From a virus, in the IMG/VR virus record IMGVR_UViG_3300005538_000001: DNA of 64,000 nt. The stretch is one strand, 5' to 3'. The notes below the pieces were generated by a model. It worked only from the letters and a program-made list of their open reading frames with translations. It was not told the origin of the DNA and searched no databases. Below are positions 7,471 through 14,326 of this stretch, piece by piece; the first letter of the stretch is position 1, and each line of letters starts with the position of its first letter. The position numbers were made by a program, and so were the translations under genes.

Positions 7471-8027
7471 GTCCTCCACGTGCTGACGGGCCGCAGCGGT
7501 GCCTTCTGATACGCGATGCCGCGATGATGCCCGCAGTACGACGACTCCTCGAACGCGACGGGCGCGCCGCAGAAGCCGAAGCCCGGAGTGCCAGGGTCCC
7601 CGTGCGGCCAGCGGCATTCCCCGGCCCGCAGATCGAGCACGGAGAGGCGCCGCACGACCGGGGCAACATCGTCCACGGCCTCGGCGACCGCACCAGCGCG
7701 CGCCTCTGCGGCGTTCCGCCTGATCCTGTGCAGCACCTTGAAAGCGTCGCCGTTGCGCTTGTTGTGATGAGGTGCGGGCCTGGACGCCGCCGAACTCATT
7801 TTTCTGGGACCGGGGCGGAACTTCGATGGGTCTCGATCGCTACGCCCAAGGCCGAGACGGCTGAGCTTGCCGCACACCGCGCTGCGGCCACCGTCCCCGT
7901 AGTGGCTCAGGCCGCCGATCTCCCTGGCGATCTGTGACGCCGTAAGGCCGTCGGCCCATAGTCGCTTGAGTGCGGCCACGCGCTCGTCCGTCCACGGCGT
8001 GTCGGCAACCCAGGATTCCGCGCCCAT
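7461..8027 (-). CDS. gcrA: GcrA-family cell-cycle regulator homologue
   Basis: 188 aa. N-terminal WTDERVAALKRLWADGLTASQIAREIG and C-terminal LDLRAGECRWPHGDP...FCGAPV...SYCGHH are hallmark GcrA motifs. Confidence 0.85.
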   Translation of the reverse strand: MGAESWVADTPWTDERVAALKRLWADGLTASQIAREIGGLSHYGDGGRSAVCGKLSRLGLGRSDRDPSKFRPGPRKMSSAASRPAPHHNKRNGDAFKVLHRIRRNAAEARAGAVAEAVDDVAPVVRRLSVLDLRAGECRWPHGDPGTPGFGFCGAPVAFEESSYCGHHRGIAYQKAPLRPVSTWRTWL

Positions 8028-8046
8028 ATCCCCTCCCCGTCACCAG

Positions 8047-8379
8047 CTATTCCAAATCCTGGTCCACCAGAGCCTGAGCCGCAGCCACAGCAGCGTGGTC
8101 AGGCCCGGCGATCGCTTTGGTGATTTCGATGTCATGCCGCAGTTTCCGCATCTGACGTTCGCATTCGGCCTCGTAGGCAAGCTTCAGCCGGAACCACAGC
8201 GATACGCTCAACTCTTTGGGCTTCCGGTAGCGCAGCGCCCAGAAGGCGCGGGCAGGTATTCCGTATTTGCGCTCAAGGCGGTCCCAGGCGTTCGGAATGT
8301 CGCCCGGCCCACTGCTCTCGGCCTGCGTGAGTTCGCGCGCCCACCCAGCCGCCTGCTCGATGTACGCAGCGTCAGACAT
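8047..8379 (-). CDS. hypothetical phage protein
   Basis: Supplied ORF 8047..8430 trimmed to ATG 8379 (MSDAAYIEQAAGWARELTQ...). The residues upstream of that are not protein-like. Confidence 0.5.
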   Translation of the reverse strand: MSDAAYIEQAAGWARELTQAESSGPGDIPNAWDRLERKYGIPARAFWALRYRKPKELSVSLWFRLKLAYEAECERQMRKLRHDIEITKAIAGPDHAAVAAAQALVDQDLE

Positions 8380-8621
8380 TTGCGTCTCTCGCAAAGGAAT
8401 TTTTCGCACGTGCAAACTCCATCCCGTCATGGTGTCGACGGGACGAAGCAGTGAGGCCCGGCGCCACGGCTTGGCGGCTCAGGGCACCGGCCTCGGGAAT
8501 GGGAGTGAGCGATGATCCTGCTGATCGCCGCGATGATGTGGCTGCACCGGGTCGGCGCGCGGCTCGCAAGGCGGAAGCGGCGCCGGGCCCCGGTCGTGGC
8601 GTGAGGGCGGCGCCCGGCATC

Positions 8622-8801
8622 TCAGGCCGCCTCGGTCAGATTGGACACGTCAATGATCGCCTGACGGGCGCGATCGGCGATCGCCCGCAGCATCCAGATG
8701 TTCAGCGGCCCGCCGGCCAGTTCCTCGATCTGTTGCAGCGCGGCGGCGATGAGGTCGTCGCGGCGCTGGCGCGTGCGGGGGCTTAGCTCTGCGCGGAGCA
8801 T
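8622..8801 (-). CDS. 59-aa ORF in the lambda-cII position (hypothetical)
   Basis: My translation: MLRAELSPRTRQRRDDLIAAALQQIEELAGGPLNIWMLRAIADRARQAIIDVSNLTEAA*. It overlaps the cro-like gene's 3-prime end by 19 nt. At 59 aa it falls below the apparent ~60-aa cutoff of the supplied track. Confidence 0.45.
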   Translation of the reverse strand: MLRAELSPRTRQRRDDLIAAALQQIEELAGGPLNIWMLRAIADRARQAIIDVSNLTEAA

Positions 8802-8998
8802 GGCTGCGCCTCAACAGGAAGAAAGGTGTCGGCGGTTACTGCGCCGCCAGTTGCGGCTTTGATGCGGGCGGCAAGTTCCCACGAAGGACGGTTCACCCGC
8901 CTTCGGATGCGACTGATCGTGACGCGATCGGCCTGCACCAGTGCGGCGAACTGCTCATCGGTAAGCTTTCGGGCGGCCATCCAATCGGCGAGGTGCAT
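8783..8998 (-). CDS. cro: Cro/YdaS-like HTH regulator
   Basis: 71 aa. LTDEQFAALVQADRVTISRIRRRVNRPSWELAARIKAATGG is an HTH motif. Divergent from the XRE repressor across a 95-bp operator region. Confidence 0.7.
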   Translation of the reverse strand: MHLADWMAARKLTDEQFAALVQADRVTISRIRRRVNRPSWELAARIKAATGGAVTADTFLPVEAQPCSAQS

Positions 8999-9008
8999 GG
9001 CCGCGATT

Positions 9009-9094
9009 TGTACACCCCTTGCACATTCTTTTCAATACCATTTGTGCATCGGCAGGTATGGACGATCCAGAATGGCCTGTGCACCATACGCACA
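9009..9094. promoter_or_regulatory. divergent early promoter/operator region with two 17-bp palindromic operators
   Basis: TGTACACCCCTTGCACA (9009-9025) and TGTGCACCATACGCACA (9078-9094) have inverted arms TGTGC/GCACA. There is also a half-site, TGTGCAT, at 9043. The region lies between the cro-like and cI-like starts. Confidence 0.6.
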
Positions 9095-9435
9095 TGGCGA
9101 AAAATACTGTTGTATCAAGGCTCAAGAAAGACCCGCCTTACGGGAAGACGCACATTCGCGCTTGGCGAAAGCACCGCGGTCTATCTCTTGAGACGTTGGC
9201 CGAACGCGTCGGAGTGAGCCACGGGAGCTTGAGCCGGATTGAACGAGGACGGCAGCCCTATGCTCAGCGTCTCCTGGAGCGGTTAGCCGAAGAGCTTCAG
9301 GCGGATCCGGCTTCTCTCTTGATTCGGGACCCCACCGATCCTGATGGTATCTGGTCCGTATGGGAGCAGGCCAAGCCGGGCCAGAAAAATCAAATTCTTG
9401 AAGTGGCAAAAACGCTGATTAAGACAGGCACTTAA
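9094..9435 (+). CDS. cI: XRE-family (cI-like) repressor
   Basis: IRAWRKHRGLSLETLAERVGVSHGSLSRIERGRQPYAQRLLERLAEEL is a classic HTH_XRE motif. Start trimmed to ATG 9094 (MAKNTVVS); 9058 and 9019 are alternatives. Confidence 0.75.
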   Translation: MAKNTVVSRLKKDPPYGKTHIRAWRKHRGLSLETLAERVGVSHGSLSRIERGRQPYAQRLLERLAEELQADPASLLIRDPTDPDGIWSVWEQAKPGQKNQILEVAKTLIKTGT

Positions 9436-9446
9436 AAGGAAAGGCC

Positions 9447-9671
9447 GTGGCAAACGGTGATCCGGCGGCAAGGCATCGCGACAAAGCGGCACGGCCCCAA
9501 TGGAACCCGCTTAACTGGACGCGTGAACACCAGATCGGTTGGCTCGCGTCCTGCCTGCTCGGCGGGTCCGTAGGGCTGCTTTTTGCGTGGGTGGAGTCAC
9601 CGGCTTACAGGCTGTCAGCCAACACAGCTCTCCGGCTGTCCCAGAAACGTGAATTCGGTATCCGGCTCTAG
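9447..9671 (+). CDS. small membrane protein downstream of the repressor (rexB/sie-position), hypothetical
   Basis: 74-aa ORF with a GTG start and one TM segment (IGWLASCLLGGSVGLLFAWV). Confidence 0.4.
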   Translation: MANGDPAARHRDKAARPQWNPLNWTREHQIGWLASCLLGGSVGLLFAWVESPAYRLSANTALRLSQKREFGIRL

Positions 9672-9731
9672 GCGTTGCCGGTCAGGCATGGGCGGTATGT
9701 AGCGCGGCCTCGGGATGGGCGCAATTCATTT

Positions 9732-9785
9732 TGTGCACCGGCTGCACATTTTGGCTTGACAGGTAATGTGCACCACGTGTACAGC
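9732..9785 (+). promoter_or_regulatory. PL-like promoter with two 17-bp operators
   Basis: TGTGCACCGGCTGCACA (9732-9748), TTGACA (9756-9761), then TGTGCACCACGTGTACA (9767-9783) covering the -10 region (TACAGC/TGTACA). Lies upstream of the plus-strand early operon. Confidence 0.55.
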
Positions 9786-9812
9786 TGGCTCCACTGAACA
9801 ACGGAGCCCGCC

Positions 9813-10055
9813 ATGTCCACCCACGCCTCCCGCCGACTCACTAAGGGCCAACGCCAATTCCTGATGGCGGTCGCCGATGGCGTCCCGGCGCTTTTCCACA
9901 AACGCGTGGTCGAGCCGATCGAGGGCCTTCCCTTCGGAAGGGCCGACGGACTGGTCAGTTGGATCGGTGGCTTTCGCGTCGCCGGCTGCAACGCTCTCTC
10001 TTCGTCCCGTTTTTGTCTGACCGAAGCCGGCCTCGCGTTCATCGAGGGCCGCTGA
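9813..10055 (+). CDS. hypothetical protein
   Basis: 80-aa ORF, the first gene after the PL-like promoter. GGAG lies upstream of the ATG. Confidence 0.5.
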   Translation: MSTHASRRLTKGQRQFLMAVADGVPALFHKRVVEPIEGLPFGRADGLVSWIGGFRVAGCNALSSSRFCLTEAGLAFIEGR

Positions 10056-10056
10056 C

Positions 10057-10185
10057 ATGGGCTGGCCACGCACAACATCGTCGTTCCCCGAGCCGACTTG
10101 GTGGAACGGCGACCCGCGGCCGGAGGATGACCGCGACGACGAGTTTGATGAGGATGTTGACGACGACGAAGAGCGTCAACCGTGA
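10057..10185 (+). CDS. 42-aa highly acidic ORF (hypothetical)
   Basis: My translation: MGWPRTTSSFPEPTWWNGDPRPEDDRDDEFDEDVDDDEERQP*. It starts 1 nt after the upstream stop, and its stop overlaps the next start. Confidence 0.3.
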   Translation: MGWPRTTSSFPEPTWWNGDPRPEDDRDDEFDEDVDDDEERQP

Positions 10186-10496
10186 TGGGGGACCACCAAA
10201 TGGACGCGGAACTCAAGGCCAAATGGATCGCGGCGTTGCGGTCTGGGAAGTACAAGCAGGGGCAAGGCCAACTGAAATTTGGCGATGAATTCTGCGGCAT
10301 CGGAGTGCTTGCCGATGTCGCCGGCTTCGAGTGGCAAGCCGACGACGGCGTGATCGTGCCGAGGACGTTCTCGGTCGCCTATCATTTCTTGCCGAGCAGT
10401 CTGCTGCCACTCGACTTCCAGCGCAGGCTCGCCCGCAAGAACGACACCGGCGCCACCTTCGCCGAAATTGCCGACATCATCGAGGCCGAGCTATGA
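10182..10496 (+). CDS. hypothetical phage protein
   Basis: 104 aa. KWIAALRSGKYKQGQGQLKFGDEFCGIGVL is a motif I associate with a recurrent phage family of unknown function. Confidence 0.55.
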   Translation: MMGDHQMDAELKAKWIAALRSGKYKQGQGQLKFGDEFCGIGVLADVAGFEWQADDGVIVPRTFSVAYHFLPSSLLPLDFQRRLARKNDTGATFAEIADIIEAEL

Positions 10497-10741
10497 GCAC
10501 CCCCGCGAAGCGACAGATGATGTTCATCGAGATCGGCTGCAAGCGCTACGAAGTTGCCTCGTTTGCCCGCGCCTCCGCGATGTTCTGCGCGGCGCGAGAT
10601 GCAAGCGGCCTCGGCGCATCCGCCGTGCCCGGCGCGGACATCGTTGACGAGCACGGCACGTTCGTCGCCCGCATCAGCTACAACGGCCGGATTTGGGCCG
10701 ACCGCGATGGCGACCGCCTGCTTTGCGAGGCAGGGTCATGA
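10493..10741 (+). CDS. hypothetical protein
   Basis: Trimmed to ATG 10493 (MSTPAKRQMMFIEIGCKRYEV...). ATGA overlap with the upstream stop. Confidence 0.5.
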   Translation: MSTPAKRQMMFIEIGCKRYEVASFARASAMFCAARDASGLGASAVPGADIVDEHGTFVARISYNGRIWADRDGDRLLCEAGS

Positions 10742-11367
10742 TTGCCGCGCTGTTTGTCGAAACGAGCGGTTGTTATTTTGATCTGCAGGGCATCGACCCG
10801 TGGGACGAGCCGCGCGACGCGCGATTGTATCGCGGACCGTATGCAGTCGTCGCGCACCCGCCCTGCCAGCGCTGGGGACGATACTGGCACGGCGCGCCGA
10901 ACAATCCGAACCAGTACGCGCTCGGCGATGACGGTGGATGCTTTGCTGCGGCGCTTGAGCATGTGCGCCGCTACGGCGGCGTGCTGGAGCACCCTGCCCA
11001 CAGCCACGCTTGGCGCGCGTTCCGCCTGAATGCGCCACCAGCTGGCGGTGGATGGGTTGCCGCAGATTTCTCCGGCGGTTGGACTTGCCACGTCGAACAA
11101 GGCCACTACGGACACATCTCCCGCAAGCCGACATGGCTCTACGCTTATGGCGTCGAACTGCCGTCGCTTCGCTGGGGTCCAGGAGAGCAGCGCATCCATC
11201 CTCGCGCGCTTGAGCTTCACGGCTACGAGAAGGCCCGGCGCGTCGGCGTCATGGCAATGATCGGAGGGAAGAACAAGACGCGCATCCGCAACGCGACGCC
11301 GCTGCCATTCCGCAATCTGCTCATCTCGATCGCCGCCACTGCTCACAACGTCAGGAGCGCCGCATGA
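10738..11367 (+). CDS. C5-cytosine-methyltransferase-like protein (PPCQ motif), short
   Basis: Trimmed to ATG 10738 (ATGA overlap). VVAHPPCQRWG resembles C5-MTase motif IV (PCQ), GGVLEHPAHS resembles motif VI (ENV), and ALFVETSGC is a weak motif I. Only ~209 aa. Confidence 0.35.
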   Translation: MIAALFVETSGCYFDLQGIDPWDEPRDARLYRGPYAVVAHPPCQRWGRYWHGAPNNPNQYALGDDGGCFAAALEHVRRYGGVLEHPAHSHAWRAFRLNAPPAGGGWVAADFSGGWTCHVEQGHYGHISRKPTWLYAYGVELPSLRWGPGEQRIHPRALELHGYEKARRVGVMAMIGGKNKTRIRNATPLPFRNLLISIAATAHNVRSAA

Positions 11368-11558
11368 GCACCCAAGACTGGGCCGACCATCTCGCAACAC
11401 AAATCCTCTCGGACCTCGCCGCAGCCGGCGAATACGCCCCGGCCCTGCTCGCCGCGCATCTGCGGATGGTTCACGCCAGGGGCGGACGGGAGGAGATAGC
11501 GAAGAGCTTCCCCGATCCCGAGGGCGCGTTGCGGGTGCTGGAACACGCCAATGTCTGA
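11364..11558 (+). CDS. hypothetical protein
   Basis: 64-aa ORF with an ATGA overlap to the upstream gene. Confidence 0.45.
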   Translation: MSTQDWADHLATQILSDLAAAGEYAPALLAAHLRMVHARGGREEIAKSFPDPEGALRVLEHANV

Positions 11559-11706
11559 GCCCCGCACCCAGCACCGCCCCAAACAAACCCTCGCCGAGCG
11601 CGAGGCCGCGTGGGAGGCCGGCACGGTCGAGATTACGACCGACGGCCTCGCCTATCTGCTCAACGCAGCCCTTGCCGAACGTCATCAGGAGCGCAGCCAT
11701 GACTGA
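11551..11706 (+). CDS. 51-aa hypothetical protein
   Basis: My translation: MSEPRTQHRPKQTLAEREAAWEAGTVEITTDGLAYLLNAALAERHQERSHD*. It overlaps both neighbours (ATGTCTGA, ATGACTGA). Confidence 0.4.
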   Translation: MSEPRTQHRPKQTLAEREAAWEAGTVEITTDGLAYLLNAALAERHQERSHD

Positions 11707-12028
11707 CCGCCTTTTCGTCGTCGCCACCAAATACGCCAACGGCGAGATCATCGAAGAAAGCAACGTCAACCGTTGCGACCTCGACACCATCATCCGTGAT
11801 CTAGCTGCCGGGCAATTTGACATCCCCACCCGCGTCTTCGAGCTTCGCGACGTCACCGCCGAACTGGCGCGCGCCGTGGCCGAGCACTCGCACGAGCGGA
11901 TGGACGAACTGCCGCGCGATGTCGCGGCGTGGTGCGAGCGCAACGGCGCGGAGCCGTGGACCGACCCGGAGCCGGATTGGGACGCCATCCGCGAGATGCG
12001 GCGGGACGATGCGAGGTACGGGCTATGA
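11699..12028 (+). CDS. hypothetical protein
   Basis: Trimmed to ATG 11699 (MTDRLFVVATKYANGEIIEE...). Coupled to both neighbours. Confidence 0.5.
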   Translation: MTDRLFVVATKYANGEIIEESNVNRCDLDTIIRDLAAGQFDIPTRVFELRDVTAELARAVAEHSHERMDELPRDVAAWCERNGAEPWTDPEPDWDAIREMRRDDARYGL

Positions 12029-12435
12029 AAATCAATGGCACTCTTGTTGTAGACGCCAAGTCAGGCATCGAGTTGGAAATCACCAAGAACGACGTGAGGA
12101 CCGGAGCCACCAAAGATCCAGGCCAGTGCGCGGCGGCCCGAGCAATCATCCGCGTGCTGGGGGCAGAAGCGGCGCGCGTTCACATCGGGCGGACTTATGT
12201 CAAGGTCAAAAATAAGTGGGTCAGATACTCCACATCGCCCTCTCTCCGCAGAGAGATTGTCGCATTCGACCGAGGGGGAGCGTTCGAGCCGGGGATCTAT
12301 CGGCTGTTGCCTTGCAAGGCTTCTCTAGCGCTTGGCAGCAAGCGCAAGCCTGGAACCGGCAACGGAAAGAAGAACGCCAAAAAGCGCCCGTACCACGTTA
12401 CAACGAACATCCGCGCGCATGGGGCTAATAAATGA
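12025..12435 (+). CDS. hypothetical basic protein
   Basis: Trimmed to ATG 12025 (MKINGTLVVDAKSGIELEI...). ATGA overlap. Lys/Arg-rich tail. Confidence 0.5.
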   Translation: MKINGTLVVDAKSGIELEITKNDVRTGATKDPGQCAAARAIIRVLGAEAARVHIGRTYVKVKNKWVRYSTSPSLRREIVAFDRGGAFEPGIYRLLPCKASLALGSKRKPGTGNGKKNAKKRPYHVTTNIRAHGANK

Positions 12436-12617
12436 TGGACCTGATTTGGATATTCGGCGCCGTCGCCGTCGTGGCCGGCGCGACCGGCTACGCCCTGGGA
12501 TGGTCTGGCGGGCAGCGGGCCGAGGCGCTGGCGCTGGCCAAGGCGGCGCGAGGCGAGACGGAATGGCCGGCAGAGGACGAGTTGCAGGGTGTGGATAAAA
12601 TGTGGAGGGTGAGATGA
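12432..12617 (+). CDS. small membrane protein, hypothetical
   Basis: 61 aa. The TM segment LIWIFGAVAVVAGATGYALGW. ATGA overlaps at both ends. Confidence 0.45.
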   Translation: MMDLIWIFGAVAVVAGATGYALGWSGGQRAEALALAKAARGETEWPAEDELQGVDKMWRVR

Positions 12618-13258
12618 GCAAAACCTGGATTACCGACGACCGAGGCAATCGTTGCTCGATCGAATACTGGGGCAGTGAGGAAGAGGCGCGTAAGGCACTC
12701 GCCACTCTAAAAGATTGCGACAACTGCTCGGACTGCTTGGGCTGCTCGGGCTGCTCGGGCTGCTCGGGCTGCTCGGACTGCTCGCGCTGCTCGCGCTGCT
12801 CGGACTGCTCGGACTGCTCGGGCTGCTCGGGCTGCTCGGGCTGCTCGCGCTGCTCGGGCTGCTCGGGCTGCTCGGACGTCGCCTATCTACTCGGCAAAGA
12901 AAATATTCAAGCCGAACCGCCGGCCGACGGCGCTCCGCCATCGCCGCCCGTCATTCCTGTGATCGAAAACATCCATCAGACAGTCTACGACGCTGCGTCT
13001 CAGCCGCGCGCGCTCAACATGGGGAGGTGGCACACCTGCGGCACCACGCATTGCCGCGCCGGCTGGGTCGTCACGCTCGCCGGCGAAGACGGCAAGAAGC
13101 TGGAGCGCTTCTACAACACCGGACTGGCGGCCATGCTGATCTACGATGCCAGCGATCCGTCATTCCGGATCAATCCGGCGCGGTTCTATGACAGCGACGA
13201 GGACGCGCTGGCCGATATGCATCGCTTGGCGCGGCCCGAGGCGGTGGCATGCTCGTAA
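12614..13258 (+). CDS. Cys-rich (Cys-Ser-X)17 repeat protein with conserved C-terminal domain
   Basis: Trimmed to ATG 12614. DCDNCSDCLGCSGCSGCSGCSDCSRCSRCSDCSDCSGCSGCSGCSRCSGCSGCSD is followed by ...RWHTCGTTHCRAGWVVTLAGEDG... Confidence 0.65.
   Translation: MSKTWITDDRGNRCSIEYWGSEEEARKALATLKDCDNCSDCLGCSGCSGCSGCSDCSRCSRCSDCSDCSGCSGCSGCSRCSGCSGCSDVAYLLGKENIQAEPPADGAPPSPPVIPVIENIHQTVYDAASQPRALNMGRWHTCGTTHCRAGWVVTLAGEDGKKLERFYNTGLAAMLIYDASDPSFRINPARFYDSDEDALADMHRLARPEAVACS
12725..12877 (+). repeat. 17 tandem copies of a 9-bp unit (TGCTCGGGC/GAC/CGC)
   Basis: Read directly off the sequence. In frame inside CDS 12614..13258. Confidence 0.9.
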
Positions 13259-13339
13259 TTGTGCCGGATAGCTGCTTAGCTTTTTTAATGAATACGGCTA
13301 TTTGCCGGAATTCACGTTAAGCAAGAACGAGAATATGTC

Positions 13340-14326
13340 ATGAACGAGCAAATCCCGATCAGCGCCGAGCTGCGCGCCTCGGTTCAGCGGAGGCTGCATC
13401 CTGAGATCCAGCAAATCGCGATCCGCGATCACGACCAATGGATGCGCGAGAGGTCGCAGGACTTCACCGCGTCCGTCGCGGGGTGCCTGTTCGGCGTGCA
13501 CCCGTACACATCGGAATACGAGCAGCACATGCTCAAGTCCGGGCAGATCACGGCGGACCCGGAGGAAACGATCATGCAGCGTCAGGGCCGTTTGCTCGAG
13601 CCTGTCGCGATCCAGCTGCTGCGCGAGCAGAGGCCCGATTGGACCGTCGATTACCCGCACCGCATCTATTATCGAGATGTCGCAGCCCGGCTCGGCGCCA
13701 CCCCGGATGCGCCCACCCGCGACGACTGCGGAGACTGGGGCAATGTCCAGGTCAAGGTCGTCGAGCGCTGGGTGTTCAAGGCCGAATGGTGCGACGAGGC
13801 CGGTGAAATCTCTCCGCCGCTATCGATGGCAATTCAGACCATCGTCGAGGCGCACCTCATTCGGGCCAAGTGGGCGGCGATAGCGGTCCTGATCGTCGGC
13901 GGCGGTGTGGAATTGAAGATCGTGCCCGTGCCGATCCATGACCGCCTCATCGCGCGCGTTAAGGAAAAGGTGGCCGCGTTCTGGGAGGGCGTGCGAATGC
14001 TGACGCCACCCAACCCCGACTATAGCCGCGACGGCGCGCTGATCGAGCAGTTGTTCCGCGGCAACGGCGAGGTCGTCGACATGTCCGGGGACAACGCTCT
14101 GGTCGCACTCGTCGATGAGAAGGAGCGGCTGGCCGCCGACGCCAAGTCGGCGAAGGTGCGGCTCGACGAGATCAAGGCTGAGATATTGGACAAATTGTCG
14201 GGTGCGTCGGCGGCGCGGATCGCGGGTGGGCGCGTCATCACGGCCAAGCGCGTCGAGCGCAGCGGGTACACGGTTGAGCCATACAGCTATGTCGATCTTC
14301 GGATCAAAAATGGAGCGCGGAAATGA
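13340..14326 (+). CDS. YqaJ/lambda-Exo-type recombination exonuclease
   Basis: 328 aa. SVAGCLFGVHPYTSEYEQH...GRLLEPVAIQLL fits the YqaJ viral recombinase pattern. Immediately upstream of, and coupled to, a RecT-like gene. Confidence 0.7.
   Translation: MNEQIPISAELRASVQRRLHPEIQQIAIRDHDQWMRERSQDFTASVAGCLFGVHPYTSEYEQHMLKSGQITADPEETIMQRQGRLLEPVAIQLLREQRPDWTVDYPHRIYYRDVAARLGATPDAPTRDDCGDWGNVQVKVVERWVFKAEWCDEAGEISPPLSMAIQTIVEAHLIRAKWAAIAVLIVGGGVELKIVPVPIHDRLIARVKEKVAAFWEGVRMLTPPNPDYSRDGALIEQLFRGNGEVVDMSGDNALVALVDEKERLAADAKSAKVRLDEIKAEILDKLSGASAARIAGGRVITAKRVERSGYTVEPYSYVDLRIKNGARK

Noticed and set aside
7471-7617. The N-terminal 49 codons of supplied ORF 7045..7617.
   Set aside because: They overlap the GcrA gene's 3-prime end in another frame and are Arg-rich. 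The DnaA-domain-IV similarity starts later. I trimmed the start to a GTG next to the GcrA stop.
8372-8620. 82-aa minus-strand ORF in the early operon gap.
   Set aside because: The composition (Ala/Arg/Pro/Ser runs) is not protein-like, and it overlaps the better start of ORF 8047..8379. I treat the region as non-coding on this strand.
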